This document shows positions 1 through 8,334 of a stretch of 64,000 bases of DNA, piece by piece. The notes under the pieces were generated by a model. It saw only the letters and a program-made list of their open reading frames with translations, was not told where the DNA came from and searched no databases. A program made the translations under genes and the position numbers. Within the stretch, counting starts at the first letter, position 1, and each line of letters begins with the position of its first letter. Origin of the DNA: a virus (taxonomy: Duplodnaviria > Heunggongvirae > Uroviricota > Caudoviricetes). The DNA lies in the IMG/VR virus record IMGVR_UViG_3300021467_000082; one strand, written 5' to 3'.

Positions 1-106
1 TTTTATAAGTCTCTACATACGTGTATTCCATTAAGCCTTTACAATTATCCTTCGAATAATAAATGCCTCTCCAATTAGGCGTAGTCTTCTTTATGCCAGA
101 CATAAT

Positions 107-295
107 TCACCCCTTTTTTGCTAGATACCAATAATCATAATCAGACAATTCCTCAATTCGGGCCATAATACAACTTCCACACAATAAACCACTTCCTTCT
201 GGTTTCCCATCCGGTTTTATTTTATTCCATAATTCATCTGGAACAACCAGATCTACCTTGTAATATTTTCCACAGTTCTGGCACTTACAACTCAT
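107..295 (-). CDS. small Cys-rich (CxxC...CxxC) zinc-ribbon protein
   Basis: ORF track, 62 aa; CQNCGKYY...CGSC motif pair. Confidence 0.4.
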   Translation of the reverse strand: MSCKCQNCGKYYKVDLVVPDELWNKIKPDGKPEGSGLLCGSCIMARIEELSDYDYWYLAKKG

Positions 296-305
296 AATTA
301 TCTCT

Positions 306-381
306 TGGAGCCCTTGAGAGGATTCGAACCTCCAACCAGCTGATTACAAGTCAGCCACTCTGCCAGTTGAGTTACAAGGGC
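306..381 (-). tRNA. tRNA-Thr (anticodon UGU), CCA encoded
   Basis: Reverse complement folds as a cloverleaf: 7-bp acceptor GCCCTTG/CAAGGGC, D-arm ACTC/GAGT with GG loop, anticodon stem GCTGA/TCAGC with loop CTTGTAA, T-arm GGAGG-TTCGAAT-CCTCT, 3' CCA. Confidence 0.8.
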
Positions 382-557
382 TCAAGTTCTGTTATGGGTT
401 TTCTGTTTTTAAATATTTCATTCCAATACCTTAATTCGTTATCCCCACATTCAATATAATTATGACTATAGTTTACTTGGATTAAATAATCACAATCAAA
501 ACAATCAATCAGATCGATAGTTTTATCGAACCTCTTGCAGTAAACTTTATCACTCAT
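372..557 (-). CDS. hypothetical small protein
   Basis: ORF track, 61 aa; 3' end abuts/overlaps the tRNA-Thr 5' end by about 10 nt. Confidence 0.3.
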   Translation of the reverse strand: MSDKVYCKRFDKTIDLIDCFDCDYLIQVNYSHNYIECGDNELRYWNEIFKNRKPITELEPL

Positions 558-970
558 TTGAGCTCCTCTTCTTCGACAGGTTTAAGTTCTGTCAAATTAC
601 CATCGGTAAATTTTGCTTCGAATTCGTACCATTTCCTATTATCACTTCCTAATTCATATAGAGTGTAAAATCTAAACATACCATGATAATTTAAATCTTT
701 CCATCCAAAAGTTTTCCGCTTCAAAGATCCTATAAGTTGAAATAAGGGGTTTTTGTCCCATTCTTCCTTACCATAATAAGGGCGTTCTTCTTCTGGTACG
801 AATTCATATTCGGCATCTTCTATTAATAATCTGCCGTCTTGCGTTATTTTATACATATCCATTAAATTGTCAAAATCTTTTGTTTGAAACATTTTATCCT
901 GTAAAAATTCGTACCCCTCCAGTGGATATTCTACTATTATTTCGTCATACATTCCCATAATTAACTCCAT
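554..970 (-). CDS. hypothetical protein
   Basis: ORF track, 138 aa; tightly packed between tRNAs. Confidence 0.5.
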   Translation of the reverse strand: MELIMGMYDEIIVEYPLEGYEFLQDKMFQTKDFDNLMDMYKITQDGRLLIEDAEYEFVPEEERPYYGKEEWDKNPLFQLIGSLKRKTFGWKDLNYHGMFRFYTLYELGSDNRKWYEFEAKFTDGNLTELKPVEEEELK

Positions 971-986
971 TTTATAATAAATTAAT

Positions 987-1060
987 TCGGGACCGAGGGA
1001 TTCGAACCCCCGACCTCACGGTCCCAAGCCGTGAGCTCTACCAGACTGAGCTAGGCCCCG
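987..1060 (-). tRNA. tRNA-Pro (anticodon UGG)
   Basis: Reverse complement CGGGGCC-TA-GCTC-AGTCTGGTA-GAGC-T-CACGG-CTTGGGA-CCGTG-AGGTC-GGGGG-TTCGAAT-CCCTC-GGTCCCG-A; canonical cloverleaf, discriminator A, no encoded CCA. Confidence 0.85.
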
Positions 1061-1067
1061 TTTTATA

Positions 1068-1277
1068 TTAATTCCATGTTGATCCGCTATCAATATTCAC
1101 CTTTATCTTATAAATTGTATAATGCTTCAGGATTTCTTCATTATGAACAGGCGTTAGAAATTCTGCCGCTTCTTCTTTACTATTGAAAATTTTCGCTTGA
1201 TCCTTATCTTTGGTTTTGCCTCCATCATCAGCTATGAAATGTTTGCTCATGTTTTCTTGAACAATATATTTTGACAT
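1068..1277 (-). CDS. hypothetical small protein
   Basis: ORF track, 69 aa. Confidence 0.4.
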   Translation of the reverse strand: MSKYIVQENMSKHFIADDGGKTKDKDQAKIFNSKEEAAEFLTPVHNEEILKHYTIYKIKVNIDSGSTWN

Positions 1278-1291
1278 TGGCGTTCTCCTTT

Positions 1292-1365
1292 GGCAGGCCG
1301 GGGAGGATTTGAACCCCCAGTCCCGGATTTGGAGTCCGGTGGTTTACCATTAACCGATCGGCCCT
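1292..1365 (-). tRNA. tRNA-Trp (anticodon CCA), CCA encoded
   Basis: Reverse complement GGGCCGA-TC-GGTT-AATGGTA-AACC-A-CCGGA-CTCCAAA-TCCGG-GACT-GGGGG-TTCAAAT-CCTCC-CCGGCCT-G-CCA; one A:C mismatch at the base of the acceptor stem. Confidence 0.75.
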
Positions 1366-1366
1366 C

Positions 1367-1825
1367 TTAATGTACTTCTATTTCCACTACTTTCATATCA
1401 GGATCTGGCCCGACTACCAACCAATTAAATACGATGTTATCTTTTAGTGCCCTTTTACCTATAAGTATATTATTATATGTGGTAACTATTCTCTTATAAT
1501 CTTGTACTAGCGTGCCTAACGCGTCTTGATATTTATTGTATTTTAAGTCTGTTATTATATTACGATCACTAGTTGAAAGTTTTGCTTTAGTAGTATATAA
1601 ATCGATGGCGTTCCGATATTGTTCTATTCCAACTCTATATTGCTTTAGATTCAAATAAGTCTTATATGATGTACCACTTACTATGCCTATTACTATACCA
1701 AGCATAATACTTACTACAAAAGCGCAGATAAACGTATCTTTCAATCTATTTGGCATGTCTGAGTTCATATAATTGATTATAGATGCGGCCACTACAATTG
1801 CTATACAAACTAATATAAATATCAT
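1367..1825 (-). CDS. membrane protein (N-terminal TM helix), function unknown
   Basis: ORF track, 152 aa; hydrophobic N-terminus; strong SD (GGAGG) about 8 nt upstream at 1830-1838. Confidence 0.55.
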   Translation of the reverse strand: MIFILVCIAIVVAASIINYMNSDMPNRLKDTFICAFVVSIMLGIVIGIVSGTSYKTYLNLKQYRVGIEQYRNAIDLYTTKAKLSTSDRNIITDLKYNKYQDALGTLVQDYKRIVTTYNNILIGKRALKDNIVFNWLVVGPDPDMKVVEIEVH

Positions 1826-1860
1826 AATTCAACCTCCGTAATTCATTTAATGCAGTATAA

Positions 1861-1895
1861 ATAAAAAAGGGATTCAGGTTTAACCCGAATCCCTT
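1861..1895 (-). terminator. rho-independent terminator (minus strand)
   Basis: 9-bp stem AAGGGATTC/GAATCCCTT with an 11-nt loop; on the minus strand it is followed by TTTTTTAT. Confidence 0.6.
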
Positions 1896-2029
1896 GACCA
1901 ATCTTTCTTTTACATCATACAATCAAGGGATAAACGGGTGACTTTGGATTTTCATCCCAATCCACGTATAACTGTGTATGCAGTTTTTGACAGAATTTAC
2001 TTTTGCCCATTTTACCCTCGATTTATTTA

Positions 2030-2180
2030 CAGGCTAGAATTATATCCTAAAAGTAGATATTTATAAAGTTTGCTGAACCTAGCCTTTTATCTTACTTGTA
2101 CAGTTATAGTTACAGGCTGAGTTTATTTATATCCCTTAATGGATGTTTATATGATTTGCTAAACTCAACCTTATCACTTA
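2030..2180. repeat. two imperfect ~55-bp direct repeats (TTACAGGCT...TTTGCTRAAC...AGCC / ...TCAACC) between a gene stop and the terminator
   Basis: Seen in sequence at about 2030-2088 and 2110-2178. Confidence 0.5.
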
Positions 2181-2197
2181 TATTATAAAATATTTTT

Positions 2198-2446
2198 TTA
2201 ATTTTGTAAACCATTTTTTTCATCTGTGTTTAAAATCTCATCATCCTCCGTTTTTTCTTTTCTGACTGCCTTTATATCATATCCTGCTGATATTAAAACT
2301 TTCAACAATTCAAAATCGGCCTTTAATACATTTATAAATAATTCAGCCAATTCGTTATTGTTTACTCTAATAGCGTCCCGCGCATACTCCAAGCCATCTT
2401 CTATGTCTGACGTTCTCGATATTATGAACGTTGTCAACTTTTCCAT
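2198..2446 (-). CDS. hypothetical protein
   Basis: ORF track, 82 aa, helical/acidic. Confidence 0.4.
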   Translation of the reverse strand: MEKLTTFIISRTSDIEDGLEYARDAIRVNNNELAELFINVLKADFELLKVLISAGYDIKAVRKEKTEDDEILNTDEKNGLQN

Positions 2447-2456
2447 TATAACCCCC

Positions 2457-2999
2457 TCATTTCAACTTAATCCAATTATTATCTACTATTTCGCCTAGCT
2501 GCGATGTTTTATAAATTCCATCCTTACGTTTAATTACTATTCCTTCATGTCCGCGTTCCTGCGCTTCCTTTAGGATTTTGAATATTTCATTTGCATTTTT
2601 AAACGGGATTTCTTCAACTTCAATATTGAAAAAGCGTTTTAAAATTTCTAATCGTTCAATTAATGATAAGTATGGTCGAGCAGGCAGAAATATATCGAAC
2701 ATTTTTATCTCCCAAGTACCAGTTTTAATTGCCCTCTTTACTTTATGTTCAGTTTGCATTTTACTAGAAATAATCTCTCCGTCCAATTGATAGTCAAAAC
2801 CTAATACTGGATAATTGACTTTAATGTTTATTGGTTTCCCTTTTCGCGTAAAGCATTCATTATCATTTATAACTATTCGCCATCCTCTATATTTGGGTTG
2901 AATTATCCAATTTTCTGGATCAATGTTCGGCTGTAAAATAGTTGTTGGCCTTGGCGGGTACCATATTATTGCCTTCTCTCTTCTCAGACTCCACACCAT
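2457..2999 (-). CDS. ATP-dependent DNA ligase, C-terminal part of the nucleotidyltransferase domain (motifs III, IV EGIVIK, V WIKLK); ends directly after motif V with no OB domain
   Basis: Motifs FDYQLDGEII, EGIVIKRKDGIYK, NNWIKLK typical of T7/Chlorella-virus-like ligases. Confidence 0.75.
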   Translation of the reverse strand: MVWSLRREKAIIWYPPRPTTILQPNIDPENWIIQPKYRGWRIVINDNECFTRKGKPINIKVNYPVLGFDYQLDGEIISSKMQTEHKVKRAIKTGTWEIKMFDIFLPARPYLSLIERLEILKRFFNIEVEEIPFKNANEIFKILKEAQERGHEGIVIKRKDGIYKTSQLGEIVDNNWIKLK

Positions 3000-3531
3000 C
3001 GTTCTTCTCCTCTATCAATAAAAATTCACTTGCTCTGACTGTGTCTCTTATTTTCTCATATACTTTATAAACAACTCCAGAATTTAATTCTGCCCTGGTC
3101 AATTTTGATAATAGTGTTCTTATGAATAGCCTTAATTTTCTATAACCGTCTTCACCACCATTTATAATACACCTATCAATAACTTGGCTATCATATTGTT
3201 CTGGAGTTATTACCTGGCCACCAATAAACCCCCTAACTGCTCCATCCTCAGTATGAATCACATAGGTACCGATACCACAAAAATTTAATGATTCCACTGA
3301 ATCGGTGTCATAACCTTTCAATTTAAGTTGTTGTTTCTCAAATTCACTTTCAAATTTCCTATATTTCTTTCCGCCTGCTCCTTTGAAACCACGTTTGGCC
3401 GCTGCGAAAAATATGGCCCTAGATAATCCCAACGATTTCGCTTCTTCAGGATCATATCCTATTAATTCTGCTGCTTCTTTGTAGACAATAGCGCACACGG
3501 GAAATCTATTTATCCAATACTTCCTCGCCAT
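2920..3531 (-). CDS. DNA ligase N-terminal part (unknown N-domain plus motif I KNDG near the C-terminus); 80-nt overlap in another frame with 2457-2999
   Basis: LLIEEKNDGVE contains KxDG (adenylation lysine codon at 3004-3006); the ORF stops 25 codons later while motifs III-V continue in the other frame. Confidence 0.65.
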   Translation of the reverse strand: MARKYWINRFPVCAIVYKEAAELIGYDPEEAKSLGLSRAIFFAAAKRGFKGAGGKKYRKFESEFEKQQLKLKGYDTDSVESLNFCGIGTYVIHTEDGAVRGFIGGQVITPEQYDSQVIDRCIINGGEDGYRKLRLFIRTLLSKLTRAELNSGVVYKVYEKIRDTVRASEFLLIEEKNDGVESEKREGNNMVPAKANNYFTAEH

Positions 3532-3654
3532 CTTGGTCCTCCTTTTCTTCTTCTGCTATACGTTTACTTTCTTCATAAAATATTCTTCTCATATTAAAAT
3601 CTGCGTCATGAATTAATATTTGTTCAATTCCTGTATTTGACATAGACATCTCCT

Positions 3655-4182
3655 TCACATTATTTCTTCTTCTGCTGCTAATTTAACTAGCTCGGTGAGA
3701 CTACATGCAGTAATATCGTAAACGGTAAAATAAGCAATAGTCGCATCTATACCTACACTATCATCAACCAAATATTCTACCGCAAATATAAAGAAATCAC
3801 TATGATCCATAAGCCCTGTCTGTTTTAGAATAAGTTCTAATTCATTTCGTTTATCTCCTTCTTCAATAAATATAATATGTTTCAGTTTCGAAGCGTGCAT
3901 CCGTTTTATTCTATTGAATATAGTAGATGCTAATACAGCGATGTCTTCAGAAATATTTGTAAAATTGTATACACAGTAAGCAGCTGTAAATTGTAAATCC
4001 TCGTGTAATTCCCATTCTTTAAGCTTTTCTGAGTGTATCCGCATATCTACATCGATCCAGCCCGTAAATTTTAAAATATTTGCTATAGTATTGGGCACAT
4101 CGTGAAACGTATAAAATCCTTTTTTTACATTGTTCCTTTTAAAGAACTGTTGAAGCGTATCTATAGTAGACCTATAAGTCAT
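3655..4182 (-). CDS. paralog 1 of a tandem triplicated family (YCVYNF...IFxRIKxM...IEEGDKRxELELILKQ), function unknown
   Basis: Clear pairwise similarity among the three adjacent ORFs. Confidence 0.6.
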   Translation of the reverse strand: MTYRSTIDTLQQFFKRNNVKKGFYTFHDVPNTIANILKFTGWIDVDMRIHSEKLKEWELHEDLQFTAAYCVYNFTNISEDIAVLASTIFNRIKRMHASKLKHIIFIEEGDKRNELELILKQTGLMDHSDFFIFAVEYLVDDSVGIDATIAYFTVYDITACSLTELVKLAAEEEIM

Positions 4183-4237
4183 TGTCTGTCCACCTCTCTA
4201 ATTACACTACTTCTCCCACTACATCTTCTCCCCCATA

Positions 4238-4777
4238 CTAATCTAGTTTTATATTTTTCTTTGCTGCTCTTGGTAGGCCAATTAACTTAACAATATTAGA
4301 CACATCGTGGTAAACTGTGAGATAAGCAATTGTTAAGTCTTTCTCATCGTCAGTTATATGATCTGCTACAAAAGTATAGTCCATAAACTCCATTTGTTTT
4401 AATATAAGCTCTAATTTATCTCGTTCGTCGCCTTCTTCAATAAATACAATATATTTACCACGCTCATTCCTTGAAGAATACATATTCTTTATTCTACTGA
4501 ACAAAATAGTTGCTAATGTGTTAACATCATCAACAGTCTTTGTAAAATTGTATACACAATAAGTACATGCGACCCGTAATCGTCCATGTAAGTACAATTC
4601 TGTAGTCTTCCCTGGGTTTATTGACACAGACGGTCCCATATAGCCTGTTGACATTAAAATATTTGTTACTATACTGGGTACACCATGAAATATATAAGGC
4701 CCCTTTCTCACATTATACGTCGCAAAAAATTCTCTAAATTTGTCTATGATAGTTTTATAAGCCATTTTATTCACCAT
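4238..4777 (-). CDS. paralog 2 of the triplicated family
   Basis: Shared motifs CTYCVYNF, LFSRIKNMY, VFIEEGDERDKLELILKQ. Confidence 0.6.
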   Translation of the reverse strand: MVNKMAYKTIIDKFREFFATYNVRKGPYIFHGVPSIVTNILMSTGYMGPSVSINPGKTTELYLHGRLRVACTYCVYNFTKTVDDVNTLATILFSRIKNMYSSRNERGKYIVFIEEGDERDKLELILKQMEFMDYTFVADHITDDEKDLTIAYLTVYHDVSNIVKLIGLPRAAKKNIKLD

Positions 4778-4867
4778 TATCTACATAAACAATATTCCCA
4801 CCCTTATTTAACCGTAATGTGACTTTGCTTTTGTCACCCACCCTATTTTAGATTTACATGTCATAAT

Positions 4868-5602
4868 TTATTCATACAGCCTATGTACTAACTCTTTAAT
4901 GTTGGCTACATCATAACGTAAGTAAAGACATGCTATAGTTATAGCGTATTCAGAATCTTTTTCTGTAAAAAGTTTTACCTCAAAATGAGTTTTTTCATCA
5001 TCAAGTAAACCTGTTCGATTTACCAAGGCGGTCAATTCATCGCGTTTATCTCCCTCTTCAATTAATAGAATAGTCTTTACATCTTCTCCGTCATACATAT
5101 TTTTTATTCGGCCAAATAAAATGGCAGCTAATCTGTCAATATCAGTGTTATCGCCTATAAAATTATATACACAATAATTAATTGTATCGTGTAATGCCGA
5201 TTGTAAATCCCATTCTGCTATTTTATCTGGATCTATTTTATGACTATCCGCGTCTCTAACAACGAAATCTGCTGAATGTAAAGTCATATCTACATTGATG
5301 CAGCCTGTTGCTTTCAAGATCTCAATAATTTTCTGTGGTGCATCTTGAATAACATAATATCCACCAACACCATTTTTATACAAAAAATCGCCTATTTTTT
5401 TTATTAGTGTCTCTTTATTCATATCTGGTTGTTCCTTTTCATTTTTCAACATATCACCAAGATCGGAAACTACTAATCTACCATCTCCATCAATACGTAC
5501 ATTTGTGGTACAATTTACTAAAGTATAATCGTAATTCAAAGTATAATTGCAATTCGTAGTATAATGGTATTTAGTATTGTTATCAAAATAACACATACTC
5601 AT
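4868..5602 (-). CDS. paralog 3 of the triplicated family, with an N-terminal extension
   Basis: Shared motifs NYCVYNF, LFGRIKNMY, LLIEEGDKRDEL. Confidence 0.6.
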   Translation of the reverse strand: MSMCYFDNNTKYHYTTNCNYTLNYDYTLVNCTTNVRIDGDGRLVVSDLGDMLKNEKEQPDMNKETLIKKIGDFLYKNGVGGYYVIQDAPQKIIEILKATGCINVDMTLHSADFVVRDADSHKIDPDKIAEWDLQSALHDTINYCVYNFIGDNTDIDRLAAILFGRIKNMYDGEDVKTILLIEEGDKRDELTALVNRTGLLDDEKTHFEVKLFTEKDSEYAITIACLYLRYDVANIKELVHRLYE

Positions 5603-5606
5603 ATTA

Positions 5607-5933
5607 TCACCCCTTCATGGATTTCTCCATATCTTCTAATTCATAATAAAATTCGTTTTCCATGATTTCATCGCGTATTTGTTTTATCTTTTTTCTATGT
5701 TTGTGATATTCCAGCACATGTTTAATTACATATTTAAACTGTTCGGGGTACTGTGCCTTAAATGCTCGCATGTCAAAAGGGAGATCGTCGTCGCTTAGTT
5801 CTAATTCATTATCGTCGTTACCATTTTCTTTGAAAATAGAATCTTCCAGTTCTAGAGATTCTTCTGCAAATCCTATCACCCCTCCGATTTCTGCAGCCTC
5901 TAAATCTGGATTATTTCCATCAAATATACTCAT
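5607..5933 (-). CDS. acidic hypothetical protein
   Basis: ORF track, 108 aa, D/E-rich. Confidence 0.4.
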   Translation of the reverse strand: MSIFDGNNPDLEAAEIGGVIGFAEESLELEDSIFKENGNDDNELELSDDDLPFDMRAFKAQYPEQFKYVIKHVLEYHKHRKKIKQIRDEIMENEFYYELEDMEKSMKG

Positions 5934-6140
5934 AATTAACTCCTTAATAAAAAGGTTGTCTTGCTATCCGTTCGCCAATCCCGGCATCGCCCGGATTCTC
6001 AGGGTACTTAGATAGCAAGACAAAAAAGCCCTACCCGCCATAACCCACTCGATCTCGCTGCAATTTCGCATTTAGCGAGCAGCACTTCGTGCTTATTTTA
6101 CCATAAGCACGATGCATAACTACTTTAACTTTCATACAAA
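5934..6140. other. structured intergenic region with higher GC than its surroundings and multiple hairpins (possible ncRNA or 3' UTR)
   Basis: Long-range inverted repeat GTCTTGCTATC (5956-5966) / GATAGCAAGAC (6011-6021); hairpin GTGCTTAT-TTTACC-ATAAGCAC; hairpin CTCGCT...AGCGAG. Confidence 0.4.
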
Positions 6141-7511
6141 TTATTTTAGCACATTAGATAAATAATTTTTAGCTTCATCCAGTAATTTATTCTTTCTGTT
6201 TAAATTCTGATCTTCTATTACCAATCCCAAAAGATAATTCAACACGTGTCCAACAGTTGGACCAGGCTTTAAATTAAAATATTCAATTAAATCATCTCCG
6301 CTAATATCTAAGTCCTTAACACTTAGGGCCTTAGATTTCTCATAAACTTCTATAATATGCTCTTCAAACAGTTCCTGTCTATGCGATACTTCACTTAAAT
6401 TTCCACCATTTGCTAATCTATCAGCTCGACGCACTAGAAACAGTGGAAAATTTTCTAGATCTTTCAAATCTTTTTCTTTAATACCTACTTTTTTAATAAA
6501 GCGCCTTATCGCAGAATCTTTCCATTTCTTTGGATCATAATTATACATATGATTATAAACTAAATCACCAACTTCCTTAACCAATTTTGGTTCATATTTA
6601 AGTTTCCTTAAGAACCTTTTAACTATAGTTTTACCCTTAACTTCGTGATTGTAGAAAGTAATTCTACGTTCACCATTTTTCACTATCTCGGCTTGTGTGT
6701 AAGCTTTGCCGATATCATGAAATAAGGCAGCTAATTTTACTTTCAAATCAGGTACGGCATATTCACATGCTAAAACGCAATGCGTAAATACATCATACTT
6801 ATGATATTTCGGATTCTGTTTAACTCCTCTGCACATAGCCAATTCTGGCAATATAGTATATATTAATCCAGAATTCAACAATAATGTGAAATACTTGGAG
6901 GATTTCTTACTCATAACTATTTTATTAAATGCTTCCCTTATTCTATTAACAGTAGTATTATTAATATCCAAATTTTTTGAATTTGCAATTATAGCATGTA
7001 ATAATCTATTATTTAAATCATAACTTAATTCAGCGGCTAGTCCTACCGCTTCAATCATTACTACAGGATCTTTAACTATTACGTAGACAGGGTCATTAAT
7101 AATATCAATAACTTTATTTTTGATTGCTTCAGCCGCACCTGTCAAATCAATAATATTATGATTAGTTACTAATGGAATATACAATCCATGTATGGTGTAA
7201 ATTCTAGTTTGTGCATCCTCTTGCAAACTTATATAAGGATTAATATTACCGTTTAAATCCCTTGGTAATTCAAAAATTGCAATTGTATCTTCGTCTACGA
7301 CTTCTACTATACCTTGTTTCTTCCTAGATGTGACATTATTAAAATGCCTATTTAAATATTTACTAATAGACATCAAAGACAAATTTCTAACTAGGAATCT
7401 ATATTCCGTAGGCCGCTTTCGTCTAACTATATCTCTAGCACAACTACCAGAATAATAGACTTCAGCCTTAGTATCACGTATTAGTTTTCTTGCTATTTGT
7501 TTTATCTTCAT
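6141..7511 (-). CDS. HD-domain protein related to CCA-adding/poly(A) polymerase family enzymes, with a degenerate head motif (SGSCARD, no DxD)
   Basis: N-terminal YYSGSCARDIV resembles the GGxVRD head motif but lacks the catalytic DxD; central HD motif FTHC...LFHDIGKAYTQ. Confidence 0.6.
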   Translation of the reverse strand: MKIKQIARKLIRDTKAEVYYSGSCARDIVRRKRPTEYRFLVRNLSLMSISKYLNRHFNNVTSRKKQGIVEVVDEDTIAIFELPRDLNGNINPYISLQEDAQTRIYTIHGLYIPLVTNHNIIDLTGAAEAIKNKVIDIINDPVYVIVKDPVVMIEAVGLAAELSYDLNNRLLHAIIANSKNLDINNTTVNRIREAFNKIVMSKKSSKYFTLLLNSGLIYTILPELAMCRGVKQNPKYHKYDVFTHCVLACEYAVPDLKVKLAALFHDIGKAYTQAEIVKNGERRITFYNHEVKGKTIVKRFLRKLKYEPKLVKEVGDLVYNHMYNYDPKKWKDSAIRRFIKKVGIKEKDLKDLENFPLFLVRRADRLANGGNLSEVSHRQELFEEHIIEVYEKSKALSVKDLDISGDDLIEYFNLKPGPTVGHVLNYLLGLVIEDQNLNRKNKLLDEAKNYLSNVLK

Positions 7512-8334
7512 AGATTCTACGCCTCATTGCTTTATTTAATCTCTTCTTAAGTTTTCTAACTTTATTACCGACACTAACAGCAGATACACCCATCTCTTTA
7601 GATAATTCTCTTAATGAGGTCTGGTTAACGTAATATTGCCATAATAATTCAAATTCTTCGTCTGTTAATAGATCCATTAACCATTCAATATTCTTACTGG
7701 TATCTAATGAATTGACGACATAATCTTCATAGTCCTCAAATTCAATTAGATTAGCGTTTACATCTGACAATTGTAATGGTAATGGTTCAATCCGCTTTAA
7801 TAAATTATACACAGATACAGATGATCTATTAGCCAACGCCGAGAACTTCTTTGTTGTTTCTTTGATTTTCTTATCTAGTTCAGTACGAACTGTGCGTTTC
7901 TCAGCCAATTCCCATATATCGAAAATATTCAATAGATCAAGCTGTTCCCCAGCTTGACCCAGTAACTCTCTTAACATTATCAGTAATCTAATACCATCCC
8001 TAAGATATTGCGGAATTTTAAGAGAAACTTCTTGCTTAGTTAAAAATTCCCTCATAGCATTCTTTATGTAATAAATAGCAAAGATCTTAAATGATTTATC
8101 TCCAGAACTCCTAGTTTTGTCAAAAGCTCTAACCGCTCTGGCTAAACCTATTAAACCTTCTTGAAATAAATCATCTGGATCTGCACCAAATACAGTATAA
8201 TTCCGAGCTAAAAGGCTTATAATCTGACTAAATTTGTTGTAATTCTCTAAGGCTTCTTCTTCTGTATCACCTAAAAAGAACGGACAAAAATCTTCATCTT
8301 GGCGTATTGGCATCGGTAAACCTCTATACATCAA
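7474..8334 (-). CDS. sigma-70 family RNA polymerase sigma factor
   Basis: Region 2 DDLFQEGLIGLARAVRAFD...YYIKNAMREF; C-terminal region 4 HTH TSLRELSKEMGVSAVSVGNKVRKLKKRL. Confidence 0.8.
   Translation of the reverse strand: MMYRGLPMPIRQDEDFCPFFLGDTEEEALENYNKFSQIISLLARNYTVFGADPDDLFQEGLIGLARAVRAFDKTRSSGDKSFKIFAIYYIKNAMREFLTKQEVSLKIPQYLRDGIRLLIMLRELLGQAGEQLDLLNIFDIWELAEKRTVRTELDKKIKETTKKFSALANRSSVSVYNLLKRIEPLPLQLSDVNANLIEFEDYEDYVVNSLDTSKNIEWLMDLLTDEEFELLWQYYVNQTSLRELSKEMGVSAVSVGNKVRKLKKRLNKAMRRRIYEDKTNSKKTNT

Noticed and set aside
372-557. Overlap of the small ORF's 3' end with the tRNA-Thr 5' end
   Set aside because: Probably a trivial overlap or an over-extended ORF call. It is not treated as a finding.
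5934-6140. Tested whether the structured intergenic region is a fourth tRNA
   Set aside because: No GTTCGA-type T-loop or cloverleaf could be built on either strand.
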